A stretch of 64,000 nt of DNA from Desulfonatronovibrio sp. (GCA_003557865.1 PWNK01000013.1:4307-68306), one strand, 5' to 3'; counted from the first letter of the stretch, positions 21,582-31,307 are shown. Numbers and translations: made by a program. The notes: a model not told the origin generated them from the letters alone.

Positions 21582-22403
21582 ATGAACAAAAGCTACAATC
21601 TGCCAATGGTTTTCTCCTTGACCTCCGGCAAGGGCGGTGTAGGAAAAACCAATATTTCCGTAAACCTCGCTTACTGCCTCAGCAGACAGAATAAAAAGGT
21701 GCTCATCCTGGACGCGGACCTTGGCCTGGCCAATGTTGACGTAGTCATGGGAATCGCCCCCAGGCTGAATATCTTTCACCTCTTCCATGACCATAAACCC
21801 CTGCAGGAAATTATCTTCAGCACTGAATTCGGGTTTGATATTCTGCCGGCTGCTTCAGGTATCAGTGAAATGCTTTCCCTGAGCACAGGTCAGAAACTGG
21901 AACTGCTGGAAGCAATGGACTACCTTGAGGACCGCATTGACTATCTCATTGTGGATACCGGAGCTGGAATCAACGACAACGTTGTTTATTTCAATCTGGC
22001 TGTTCAGCAAAGGCTCCTGGTCCTGACACCTGAACCTACTTCCCTGACCGACGTTTACGCTGTCATCAAGGTTTTGAAAACAAGACATGATATCAACAGC
22101 TTCAAAATTGTTGTCAACTGGGCCAAGTCCCTGAAAGAAGCCAGAGATGTCTTCAAAAAACTATATAATGCCTGTGATCACTTCCTGAGCGGCGTCTCCC
22201 TGGAACTGTCCGGGATAATCCCCTATGATCAGGAAGTTAAAAAAGCGGTTGCCAGCCAGATCCCCTTTTGCCACTATAATCAGCACTCGCCTGCATCAAC
22301 CGCGCTGGAAAACCTTTCCAAAACCATTATCAACTGGAAACCGGACAAGAACCTTGATGGAAATATTAAATTCTTCTGGAAAAAACTGCTCTTCCAGGAA
22401 TAA
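21582..22403 (+). CDS. flhG: MinD-like flagellar number regulator FlhG/FleN
   Basis: SGKGGVGKT, DADLGLANVD, DTGAG, PEPTSLTD, C-terminal FFWKKLL. Confidence 0.93.
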   Translation: MNKSYNLPMVFSLTSGKGGVGKTNISVNLAYCLSRQNKKVLILDADLGLANVDVVMGIAPRLNIFHLFHDHKPLQEIIFSTEFGFDILPAASGISEMLSLSTGQKLELLEAMDYLEDRIDYLIVDTGAGINDNVVYFNLAVQQRLLVLTPEPTSLTDVYAVIKVLKTRHDINSFKIVVNWAKSLKEARDVFKKLYNACDHFLSGVSLELSGIIPYDQEVKKAVASQIPFCHYNQHSPASTALENLSKTIINWKPDKNLDGNIKFFWKKLLFQE

Positions 22404-23145
22404 ACCCTGGTTTATCCTTGAAAGCCAGGATGTTTCCTTTCATGACCTCTCTTCATGGAAAAAAGAAGAGATTGTCAGGGCCTATGCTTACAAAATTAAG
22501 ATCAATGCTGTCAGGCTGAAAAACAGACTTCCCAGGCATGTAGAAATTAACGAACTTATCAGCGCAGGCACCCTGGGCCTCATGGAAGCCTTAGGTAATT
22601 TCGATGCCAGACACGGAATAAAGTTTGAAACCTTTGCCGATAACCGCATCAAAGGAGCCATGCTTGATGAACTCAGGAGAATGGACTGGTTTTCCAGAGG
22701 GCTCAGGAAAAAGGTTAAAAGGCTTGAAGAATGCATCAGGGACTATGAACAGAACTCCGGGAAACAGCCGACTAACACGGAACTGAGAACCATCACCGGC
22801 TATACTCTTGATGAAATCGAGGAAGGAATGGTAGCCTTGCAGAATCAGATATGCCTGAGTCTTGAGGCTGTTCAGGAAAACTTTACTCTTGCCGGTGAAC
22901 AGGATAAAAACTCTGAACCTCAGCTCAGTGCAATATTTAACGACCTTGTGGATAAGGTAGCCAGAATAATCGACAAGCTCACTGAAAAAGAAAGGCTTGT
23001 TCTTTCTTTGTATTACGATGAGGACCTGACCATGAAAGAAGTTTCCCAGGTTCTGGACATCACCGAAGGCAGGGTTTCCCAGCTGCATTCACAGGCCATA
23101 GGCAAAATCCAGAAAAAATTTTCTGAATACCACGATCGAGTATAG
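22357..23145 (+). CDS. fliA: Flagellar sigma factor sigma28
   Basis: RIKGAMLDELRRMDW, LYYDEDLTMKEV...TEGRVSQLHSQA; start MEILNSSG overlaps the end of flhG. Confidence 0.94.
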   Translation: MEILNSSGKNCSSRNKPWFILESQDVSFHDLSSWKKEEIVRAYAYKIKINAVRLKNRLPRHVEINELISAGTLGLMEALGNFDARHGIKFETFADNRIKGAMLDELRRMDWFSRGLRKKVKRLEECIRDYEQNSGKQPTNTELRTITGYTLDEIEEGMVALQNQICLSLEAVQENFTLAGEQDKNSEPQLSAIFNDLVDKVARIIDKLTEKERLVLSLYYDEDLTMKEVSQVLDITEGRVSQLHSQAIGKIQKKFSEYHDRV

Positions 23146-23154
23146 GAGGGACTG

Positions 23155-23538
23155 ATGCCCATGAACAAGCAGATGCGTATCCTGGTAGTAGACGACTTCT
23201 CAACCATGCGCAGAATAATAAAAAATATTCTCAGGCAACTGGGTTTTAGTAATATTGTAGAGGCCGACGATGGAACCACTGCCTGGGAAGTCTTGAACAA
23301 GGATAAAATTGATTTCATTGTCAGCGACTGGAACATGCCCAAAATGACTGGAATTGAGCTGCTGAAAAAGGTTAGATCCAGCGAAGAATTCTCGGACCTG
23401 CCATTTTTAATGGTCACAGCGGAAGCCCAGCAGGAAAATATTATCGAGGCTGTCCAGGCCAAGGTTTCAAACTACATAGTCAAACCGTTTACCGCTGATA
23501 CCCTGGGACAAAAAATTGAAAAAATATTTGAAAAATAA
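23155..23538 (+). CDS. cheY: Chemotaxis response regulator CheY
   Basis: VVDDFSTMRRII, DWNMPKM, MVTAE, YIVKPF. Confidence 0.96.
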   Translation: MPMNKQMRILVVDDFSTMRRIIKNILRQLGFSNIVEADDGTTAWEVLNKDKIDFIVSDWNMPKMTGIELLKKVRSSEEFSDLPFLMVTAEAQQENIIEAVQAKVSNYIVKPFTADTLGQKIEKIFEK

Positions 23539-23570
23539 CACCTGATCTAGGTAAGTAACATTTTTAGCCC

Positions 23571-24239
23571 ATGTCGGATCAAGACTCTTCCGTGAAAAAA
23601 AAGGTCAGCCTGGACAAAACAGAGCTGGACCTTGACCGGGCAATGGAAAAGGTTGAGCTGGACCTTGAAGATGCTCCATTTCTTGATGAAGAAGAAGAGG
23701 TTGTTCCCCAAGAAAAAAAACCGGTAAAAAAGACTGAAAAAGCTCCTCTGCCCCAAGAAGGACCAGTAATCGCCGGACCCAGCATCTGGAAAAACAGAAA
23801 GGTTCAGGCAGGAATTGTGGTCTTGACTGCCCTTATTTTGACCGCGGCCTCTTTTCTGCTCCTTTTTAGAGACAGACCCCAAACTCCTCCAGAGCCGTCC
23901 AGGGTTGAGGCCCCTGCCGAAAAAACTGCTGCCGATACCCAGCAGGTTGTAAGCTTTGAACCTTTCATGGTGGAACTGGGTGATAGCGACAGGATTCAGT
24001 TCATATTCACCAGGTTTTCCCTCCCGGCAGACAGTGAACAGCTGGCCGGGGAAATCAGGGATAAAACGATTGTTTTGAGGGACGCCATATACTATTATTT
24101 GCGCAACCAGGAACCGATAATTCTCAGGGACAAAGAAAATTCAGACAGGGTTAAAAATGACCTGCTGTCTGTAGTCAACCAGTATCTGGGAGCTGGGAGG
24201 GTAGAAGACATCCTTTTCGAGGAGTATCTGGTGAGATAA
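23571..24239 (+). CDS. fliL: FliL-family flagellar basal body-associated protein
   Basis: Single TM, FEPFMVEL, LRDAI, VEDILFEEYLV; flagellar context. Confidence 0.75.
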   Translation: MSDQDSSVKKKVSLDKTELDLDRAMEKVELDLEDAPFLDEEEEVVPQEKKPVKKTEKAPLPQEGPVIAGPSIWKNRKVQAGIVVLTALILTAASFLLLFRDRPQTPPEPSRVEAPAEKTAADTQQVVSFEPFMVELGDSDRIQFIFTRFSLPADSEQLAGEIRDKTIVLRDAIYYYLRNQEPIILRDKENSDRVKNDLLSVVNQYLGAGRVEDILFEEYLVR

Positions 24240-24548
24240 ATGATCAGACCCATTGACCTCCCTGTAGTCGTGGCTCAGGCCCCCCTGGCCCAGCACATGC
24301 AGTTCGCCGCCCAGAGCGCACCTGGTGCACATCAGGCTTTTCTGAGCCTGCTGGTTGTTCAGAAGCATCAGCGTGAAATGCAGCAGGTGGCCAAAACAGA
24401 AAAAAGCCAGCAGCTTTCTGACTCCATCAATAAACGCGAAGCTCGGGAAAAGAAATCAGGCCGGGAAGCTCCCGGAAAACAAGAGCATGAAAATCATGAA
24501 TACGACTTGCCTGAACTTGACGAGAATATCGTGAATATAAAGGTCTGA
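24240..24548 (+). CDS. Hypothetical protein (flagellar operon)
   Basis: MIRPIDL...VNIKV; abuts the fliL stop. Confidence 0.7.
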   Translation: MIRPIDLPVVVAQAPLAQHMQFAAQSAPGAHQAFLSLLVVQKHQREMQQVAKTEKSQQLSDSINKREAREKKSGREAPGKQEHENHEYDLPELDENIVNIKV

Positions 24549-24566
24549 ATAATAACCTTAAGCGTC

Positions 24567-24980
24567 ATGAGCTCATTTCAGTGGATCATAGTCATTGTCA
24601 GCGTTATTGAAGTTTATCTGCTTTTTCTTATCCTTATCTTCTTTTACCGTCTGAGAAAGACAGAATCGCTGCTGGCTGAAATGCAGAGTAACCAGAAGAA
24701 TTTTATTGACAGGCTGGATTTCAACGCCCGCCTGGAAAAGGAAATGGTTTCCACTTTCCAGCAAAGACAAAAAGAGCTGCTCAACCTTGAGGCCAAAATG
24801 GAGCAGAGGGTCAAGGAACTGAACGGCCTGATCAGGCAGGCTGAACAATATACCCGTTCTCCCAGCTTCATGAAAAACCTGATTATGACAGGGCATCTGA
24901 ATGGACGTTCCATCGAGGAACTGGTCAAAACCACCGGTCTTTCCAGGGATGAAGTGGAGTTGATAATTGATGGTCAGTGA
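24567..24980 (+). CDS. Hypothetical TM/coiled-coil protein with C-terminal HTH-like segment
   Basis: N-terminal TM; C-terminal GRSIEELVKTTGLSRDEVELI. Confidence 0.75.
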   Translation: MSSFQWIIVIVSVIEVYLLFLILIFFYRLRKTESLLAEMQSNQKNFIDRLDFNARLEKEMVSTFQQRQKELLNLEAKMEQRVKELNGLIRQAEQYTRSPSFMKNLIMTGHLNGRSIEELVKTTGLSRDEVELIIDGQ

Positions 24981-25023
24981 GTTCACGGGTGTTTTTTTAA
25001 TGCTGCTGCTGACCAAGAGCTGA

Positions 25024-25332
25024 GTGATGAAAGTTTTTGGCCATGGCCCTCACAAAGAATCGGCCTACCTGGCCCTGGATAATCCCCGCATAAGAAAATT
25101 CAGAAAGAAATACCGCGTTGGACATATTGTGGCGGGAATCATCCTTGAATACGACTCTCCCAGACTGGCCTGGGTGCTGGTGGATGATCTGCGCATGCTG
25201 GCCTGGGTCACAAGAAACTACTTTCGAGGACAAAGACTGCATCTTGTTGTAGAAAACATGTATCCGGAAATTGTGCTCAAAGAAGTCGACCTCAGTGACT
25301 GTGAACACGGGGGGCTGAGCATAATTGTCTGA
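25024..25332 (+). CDS. Hypothetical protein
   Basis: ORF in operon orientation overlapping the dusB start. Confidence 0.6.
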   Translation: MMKVFGHGPHKESAYLALDNPRIRKFRKKYRVGHIVAGIILEYDSPRLAWVLVDDLRMLAWVTRNYFRGQRLHLVVENMYPEIVLKEVDLSDCEHGGLSIIV

Positions 25333-26305
25333 GACGCGGCCATCAGCCCCTGTTCGGCCTTACCTGCCTGTCCACCCCGACCGACCCTGGCTGGCTCCCC
25401 TGGCAGGCTTTTCCGACCTTCCCTTCAGGCTCCTGTGCAGACATTTCGGCTGCAGTGCCGCCTTTACCGAGATGATCAGCGCCCGGGGGCTTACTCACCA
25501 GACCCGGAATACACTGGAACTTTTAAAAACCTGTCCTGAGGATTCCCCTTTGGTTGTCCAGATATTCGGCAGCAGTCTGTCAGATATCAAAGAATCCATG
25601 TCTATTCTTCTGGATCAGGGTTTCAGTTATTTTGACCTGAACTGCGGTTGTTCTGTAAAAAAAGTTGTCAAAACAGGCTCAGGAGCCGCTCTGCTGAAAA
25701 ATCCGGAACAGATTGTGGATATGGCTCTGGCCATGGCCGAAATGGCGGGGCCTGGCATGGTTGGAATCAAAACCAGGCTCGGCTGGGCCAATGAAAGGCG
25801 CACCTATCTTGTTCTTGCAGACCAGCTGGCTGATTCAGGCATTGGCTGGATCACCCTGCATCCCAGAACCGCGGGACAGCTTTTTTCCGGAACAGCCTGC
25901 TGGGATGCCTTGAAAACATTGAAAGAGGCAACGTCCATACCAGTCATTGCCAGCGGAGACCTTTTCACGGCCCAAGACGCCCTGGAGTGCGTACGCCGGA
26001 CAGGAGTTGACAACATCATGTTCGCCAGAGGGGCCCTGAATAACCCTTTCATTTTCCAGGAATACATCAACCTGAAAAAACAGTGTTCACCCTCGGATTC
26101 GCGGGATTTACACCTCCAAGACATCTGCCTTAAAACTGTTGAATATTACCGCAGATACTGTTCATCCGGGCGGGCGGTGCTGAAGATGCGCACTATTATC
26201 CCCAGAATGATCAGACAGATACATGGGGCAAAGGAGTTGCGCAAAGAAATAATCAAGTGTAATGATTGGAATGCAATCATTAAAGTTATGGAAAAGATGC
26301 AATAA
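25325..26305 (+). CDS. dusB: tRNA-dihydrouridine synthase (Dus family)
   Basis: LAPLAGFSDLPFR, DLNCGC, GSGAALL, HPRT, SGD, ARGAL. Confidence 0.88.
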   Translation: MSETRPSAPVRPYLPVHPDRPWLAPLAGFSDLPFRLLCRHFGCSAAFTEMISARGLTHQTRNTLELLKTCPEDSPLVVQIFGSSLSDIKESMSILLDQGFSYFDLNCGCSVKKVVKTGSGAALLKNPEQIVDMALAMAEMAGPGMVGIKTRLGWANERRTYLVLADQLADSGIGWITLHPRTAGQLFSGTACWDALKTLKEATSIPVIASGDLFTAQDALECVRRTGVDNIMFARGALNNPFIFQEYINLKKQCSPSDSRDLHLQDICLKTVEYYRRYCSSGRAVLKMRTIIPRMIRQIHGAKELRKEIIKCNDWNAIIKVMEKMQ

Positions 26306-26324
26306 ACTTGAGAATACCCCCTGA

Positions 26325-26477
26325 GTTAACACTACAGCGACACTTTATTTAAGTTGGAAGGGGACTGGCTCTTTTGCCGCAGGATAGTCCGGCCGTTTTA
26401 CGGTTTGAGGTCGGCAAAAGTGCCTGTCCCCGGTGGCCGAGGCAATAATTAACACCAAGTGTCGCTGTAGTGTTAAC
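26325..26477. mobile_element. Nested palindromic MITE-like element, copy B (shell 2: ACTACAGCGACACTT ends)
   Basis: Perfect 21-bp IR GTTAACACTACAGCGACACTT / AAGTGTCGCTGTAGTGTTAAC; inner GGGGACTGGCTCTTTTGCCG...CGGCAAAAGTGCCTGTCCCC; outer parts homologous to 45520..45674. Confidence 0.85.
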
Positions 26478-26617
26478 AATTGGAGCTAAAGATAAAAAAA
26501 ATCAGGATGTTAAAGATGTTAATGTTCCGGACACCAAAAGTCCTGGAAATTGTCAGTAAGCACATAGTATTGCCATAGATATTTTATCCTCAACCAGTTA
26601 CATTTTAAAAAAAGACA

Positions 26618-27559
26618 ATGAGTCCTCAAATCCTGCTGGCCAAAAGCGCCGGCTTCTGCATGGGAGTCAGTCTGGCTCTGAACAAGCTGGACAAGGCCCT
26701 GAGGCAGATCCAGTCCAGACAGATATTTACCTTTGGTCCCATTATCCACAATCCACAGGTGCTCTCATTTTATGAAAAAAAGGGGGTCAAGATCACTGAA
26801 GACTGGAACGAGCCAAGGCCTGATGATATTGTTCTGATCAGGGCCCACGGCATCCCTCTGGAAATTGAGGAACTTCTCATTAATAAAAACATCAACATTA
26901 TCGATGCCACGTGCCCCAAGGTTAAAAAGGCGCAGCTTTTAATCAAAGAGAACAGTCCTGATTCAGACGGCCTGCTTTTATATGGAGAACCGGACCACCC
27001 CGAGGTTAAAGGCCTGCTGAGTTATGCTGATTCCAGGGCGGATCTGTTCAAAAATATTTCGCAGCTCAAAAATCTGGCCATTGAACCAGACAAAAAATAC
27101 TGCCTGGCCGCCCAGACCACACAGGACAGGGAGCAATTTGCCCTTGTCAGCTCATATCTTTCCCACAGGCTCTCCGGGAATCTCAAGGTGCTGGACACAA
27201 TATGCGACGCCACTAAAAACAGACAGGCCGAGACTATTAAAATAGCCAAAAAAGTCGAATGCATGATCGTTGTGGGGGGAAGAAACAGCGGCAACACAAG
27301 AAGGTTATGCAAGGTAGCCATGCAGCACTGTCCAGTATGCATGCACATAGAAACTGAAGATGAAATCAACATCCACAGCATTTCAAACTGCACCAGGTTT
27401 GGGCTGACTGCCGGGGCCTCCACCCCGCAGATGACCATAAACAGGGTCTATTACAAGCTTTTGGAAATGCTTGGCAATAAACCTGATGAGGCCCCAATCA
27501 GAGTTGGTCAATCACTGAAAGAAGGTATCAATCATGAGCCGGACAGATATCCTTCCTGA
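26618..27559 (+). CDS. ispH: 4-hydroxy-3-methylbut-2-enyl diphosphate reductase
   Basis: AGFCMGV, IIHNPQV, RAHG, DATCP, QTT, TICDAT, SGNT, TAGASTP. Confidence 0.96.
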   Translation: MSPQILLAKSAGFCMGVSLALNKLDKALRQIQSRQIFTFGPIIHNPQVLSFYEKKGVKITEDWNEPRPDDIVLIRAHGIPLEIEELLINKNINIIDATCPKVKKAQLLIKENSPDSDGLLLYGEPDHPEVKGLLSYADSRADLFKNISQLKNLAIEPDKKYCLAAQTTQDREQFALVSSYLSHRLSGNLKVLDTICDATKNRQAETIKIAKKVECMIVVGGRNSGNTRRLCKVAMQHCPVCMHIETEDEINIHSISNCTRFGLTAGASTPQMTINRVYYKLLEMLGNKPDEAPIRVGQSLKEGINHEPDRYPS

Positions 27560-27798
27560 TTCAGGAACAAACGAAACAGACTAAGACACAAAGGTCAGTC
27601 AGTGGGCGCTGACGATCAAATATCCAAGCCTTAAGTATCATTTTTGGCCCGCAAGGCCAGGGATCTTATTGAAAACATATCAGGCCCTGACTCACCCGCG
27701 GCAACCAGCCGCCCGAGAGTCATTAAGACCAGGCCATGGCAGATAGATGGTCTGACCAGTGATCAATAAGCTGCCCACGGTTCTTTCAGGAGTGTTTC

Positions 27799-28680
27799 TT
27801 GACTTTAAACAAACCCAAAATCACTCTGCTGGATATCATCGTCATCTCCCTGATCCTGGGGGCAGGAATATTTATTTACATCCGGGTCATGAAGGGTCTG
27901 GAGTACAACTGGGAATGGTCGTTCATTCTCAATTACCTTTACCGCTTTGATGCCCAGTCGGGTTCATGGGTTCCGGGCATGCTCGCCCAGGGCTTCTTCA
28001 CCACCATCAGGCTGAGCATCTGGGCCACTGTTCTGGCTGTAATCATTGGAACAGTTATCGGCCTTTTCAGAACCAGCAGCAACCTTCTGCAAAAGCTTCT
28101 CGGCTTCAGTTATGTGCAGACTATCAGAAACATCCCGCCACTGGTGCTGATTTTCATATTCTATTTCTTTGTCAGCAACCAAATCCTGCCGGCAATGGGA
28201 GTAGACGATTTCTTCAGAAACCAGCCGGAACATGTCCAGAGAATACTTACCTTTCTGTTCGCCCCGGCCGGCCAGTTTTCGTCTTTTGTGGCCGCGGTTA
28301 TCACCCTGGCCATTTATGAAGCAGCGTATATTGCTGAAATTATCCGGGGAGGGATCAATTCCATACCCAGAGGGCAATGGGAGGCATCGGCCGCCCTGGG
28401 ATTCAACAAAAGGCAGCAGATGCTCCTGGTTATCCTGCCCCAGGCCTTCCAGCGATGCCTGCCGCCCCTGGCGGGCCAGTTTATCTCAACAATAAAGGAT
28501 TCAGCAATTGTTTCTGTGATTTCCATCCAGGAGCTGACGTTTCAGGGCATGGAGCTTATGGCGGCCACTTATAAGACTTTTGAAATATGGATAACCATAA
28601 CCCTTCTCTACTTCTGCCTGACCTTCAGCTGCTCCAAACTCATCGGAAGGCTGGAAAAGAGACTGGCCAGAAAATACTGA
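27799..28680 (+). CDS. Polar amino acid ABC transporter permease (orphan)
   Basis: RNIPPLV, EAAYIAEIIRGGINSIPRGQWEA, IKDSAIVS. Confidence 0.92.
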   Translation: MTLNKPKITLLDIIVISLILGAGIFIYIRVMKGLEYNWEWSFILNYLYRFDAQSGSWVPGMLAQGFFTTIRLSIWATVLAVIIGTVIGLFRTSSNLLQKLLGFSYVQTIRNIPPLVLIFIFYFFVSNQILPAMGVDDFFRNQPEHVQRILTFLFAPAGQFSSFVAAVITLAIYEAAYIAEIIRGGINSIPRGQWEASAALGFNKRQQMLLVILPQAFQRCLPPLAGQFISTIKDSAIVSVISIQELTFQGMELMAATYKTFEIWITITLLYFCLTFSCSKLIGRLEKRLARKY

Positions 28681-28685
28681 TCTGT

Positions 28686-29702
28686 TCAGCTCTTCCTTCT
28701 GAGAAGTGTAGTATAAACCTCCATCAGCCTTATGAACTGGTCATGATCTCCCCCCGTGTCCGGATGCAGCTTCACGGCCTTCCTGCGAAATAAAGCTGTC
28801 AACTCTTTTTTGGACATGGCGTAAAGAACATCCGGGGCAACCCCCATGATTGTTCCGGCCTCTTTCCGGGAAATATCCGGCTGTTTTCGGGGAAAATGCG
28901 CTGAACGCCATCTAGTGCCTGCAATAAAATCCTTCAAATGATCCTGCAGGAAACTGTCAGAACTCAATGGAAAATCAAAAAACATGACTGCGTAACGAAC
29001 AAGAAAGGGGTGCAGGTCTTTTGGCTTATCCGCCCCCTTCCAGAAAAGATCATCGCTGTTCAGCGCGCACAGTTCCCTGACAAACAGCTCTTCCAGCTTT
29101 TCCTGGTCCAGACCCTGAGGCATCCGGCCGGCAATGATTTCCGTAAAAAACCTTCGAAGATAAAAAAATGAATAGACATAAAGGCTGAGTTCTCGAGGCT
29201 CAAGCCTGCTTTCCATGACCATGAACAGGTGCTCCAGCTCATCCCGGGACTTGAATGTCAGAGGGCGGTAAAATTTGACTGGAACCCTGCTCAGCCTGGA
29301 CTGATCCAGCTCACCTATTCGCAGGTAATTATACCTGCGTCTGTCTACCGGGTGAAGATGATGGCGGATAAATACCTCTTCGCTCTGGGTGAGGCTCTTT
29401 CCGGACCGTGATGAAGAGTCCCTGGAAAAAAAGCCCTGCAAGGCTCTTTTTATGTCCGGCCTGACAAATGGCCAGAAAATTTTTTCCAGAAGATCATAAT
29501 CAGGTACATATCCTTTTCCGCTTAAATGATCCTCAACATTCTCGTGGATATAAAAACTTCTGCCGCCCGGATAGACGATGAACCTGGAGGGATCAGGACC
29601 CAGGCTCATCAGTTCCCTGGAAACGTATACCCCATTGACCCTGACCGACTTTCGAATGAAATAATGTCTTTTATGGTTGATTGTCTTCTGCGCGAGATAC
29701 AT
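28686..29702 (-). CDS. Protein with a C-terminal J domain
   Basis: FRRKAVKLHPDTGGDHDQFIRLMEVY at the C-terminus; start MYLAQK at 29702. Confidence 0.8.
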   Translation of the reverse strand: MYLAQKTINHKRHYFIRKSVRVNGVYVSRELMSLGPDPSRFIVYPGGRSFYIHENVEDHLSGKGYVPDYDLLEKIFWPFVRPDIKRALQGFFSRDSSSRSGKSLTQSEEVFIRHHLHPVDRRRYNYLRIGELDQSRLSRVPVKFYRPLTFKSRDELEHLFMVMESRLEPRELSLYVYSFFYLRRFFTEIIAGRMPQGLDQEKLEELFVRELCALNSDDLFWKGADKPKDLHPFLVRYAVMFFDFPLSSDSFLQDHLKDFIAGTRWRSAHFPRKQPDISRKEAGTIMGVAPDVLYAMSKKELTALFRRKAVKLHPDTGGDHDQFIRLMEVYTTLLRRKS

Positions 29703-29901
29703 AATATGATTCTCCCAACCTGCTTGAGCACCAGGGTTTAAAATTTGCAACCATTGACTATGGGGCCCTGTGCAGATTTTCAAGGGGTTCACGGCTCAAC
29801 AGATTGTGGGAAACAGAGTTTTTTTCAGCAGGACCAATAAGTCAACAACCAGTTTTAAATACTGGATACTCATAAAGGCTGAGTCAAGGGGTGAAGAGTT
29901 T

Positions 29902-30169
29902 GTATCTGTTCACCATGATTATTGATTAACCTCAGCATTAAAGGCCTTCCTGGGGTAAGGTTTCGCCAATGCCTGCGATGTTTGACTGTCAACGGTTCCG
30001 TTGGGCAAGAATGCCCTCCCATAAAATTTCGACCATTTTTCAAAATTGTTCAACCCCTATGTGATTTACTGGTATCAATAAATTGTTTGTCCTACGAAAC
30101 CGCGACAGGGAGTTCGCAGGCAAAAGAACCCTCAGCCCCAGGAAAGCCATGGCTATGGTGAATAGTTAC
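29902..30169. mobile_element. Nested palindromic element, copy E (shell 3: GTATCTGTTCACC...GGTGAATAGTTAC)
   Basis: Terminal IR plus three nested IR pairs (GGCCTTCCTGGGG/CCCCAGGAAAGCC; TGCCTGCGA/TCGCAGGCA; CTGTCAACGGTTCCGTTGGGCAA/TTGTCCTACGAAACCGCGACAG); ends shared with 52430..52505. Confidence 0.75.
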
Positions 30170-30386
30170 CAATTGTTTATCATTTCAGAACAGTCCCGGC
30201 AGACTGGACAAAAGAGGACCATTGGATAAAGACTGCCAACTTTTCGCTAACCCATGAACAACAGCTGCAAATGACCATTTTTTATCCTGCAGCAAATTGT
30301 ACTTGGCAAAGCCTGCTCTTTGTGCTAAATAGCACAATCTTCTATCAATATTTCTGCTAAACCAACCAATTCCTAGGAGGTATTTT

Positions 30387-31307
30387 ATGTCCGTAATCGT
30401 TTTTGGTCACAAAAATCCCGACACCGACTCTGTGTGCGCGGCAATAGCCGTTGCTGATCTTAAAAGCAAACTCGGCCTTGCCGCGGTTCCGGCCGCCCAG
30501 GGAGAACTGAGCCCTGAAAGCAAATTCGTTCTGGACAAATTCGGATTCAGCGCCCCGGAAGTCGTAACTTCAGGCGAAGGCAAACAAGTCATCCTGGTTG
30601 ACCATTCCGATCTTTCGCAAAGCCTGGATGACCTGGCTAAGGCTGAAATTCTGGGCATTATCGATCACCACAAGCTTGGGGACGTAACTACTCCCAACCC
30701 TCTTGAGTGCTGGATCTGGCCCGTGGGCTGCACCTGCACCGTCATTAAATCCATGTATGATTTCTATGGGGTTGAGATGCCCAAAAACATCGCCGGGATC
30801 ATGCTTTGCGCCATCCTGAGCGATACCGTCATCTTCAAATCAGCTACCTGCACCGACGACGATAAAAAAGCCTGTGAGGCCCTGGCCAAAATCGCCGGAG
30901 TGGATGATATGATGGCCCTGGGAATGGAAATGTTCAAGGTCAAATCAGCTGTTGAAGGAACCCCTGCCAGGGATCTTATCTTCAGGGACTACAAAGATTT
31001 CAACATGAGCGGCAAGAAAGTAGGCATTGGCCAGCTGGAAGTTGTGGATCTTTCCATTCTGGAGCCTGTCAAGGGTGATCTTTATGAAGAGATGAAAAAG
31101 GTCAAGGACGAAGGCGCCAGGCACTCCGTGTTCCTTCTGCTGACTGATATCATGAAAGAAGGCTCTGAAATGCTGGTCCTCTCCGATGAACCGGCTGTTG
31201 TTGAACGGGCATTTGGCAAGCCTGTAGACGGAAATTCAGTATGGCTGGACGGAGTCATGAGCCGCAAAAAGCAGGTCGTGCCCAACTTTGAAAAAGCATT
31301 TGCTTAA
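30387..31307 (+). CDS. ppaC: Manganese-dependent inorganic pyrophosphatase (family II, DHH)
   Basis: GHKNPDTDS, LVDH, IDHH, AILSDT, SRKKQVVP; RBS AGGAGG. Confidence 0.96.
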   Translation: MSVIVFGHKNPDTDSVCAAIAVADLKSKLGLAAVPAAQGELSPESKFVLDKFGFSAPEVVTSGEGKQVILVDHSDLSQSLDDLAKAEILGIIDHHKLGDVTTPNPLECWIWPVGCTCTVIKSMYDFYGVEMPKNIAGIMLCAILSDTVIFKSATCTDDDKKACEALAKIAGVDDMMALGMEMFKVKSAVEGTPARDLIFRDYKDFNMSGKKVGIGQLEVVDLSILEPVKGDLYEEMKKVKDEGARHSVFLLLTDIMKEGSEMLVLSDEPAVVERAFGKPVDGNSVWLDGVMSRKKQVVPNFEKAFA

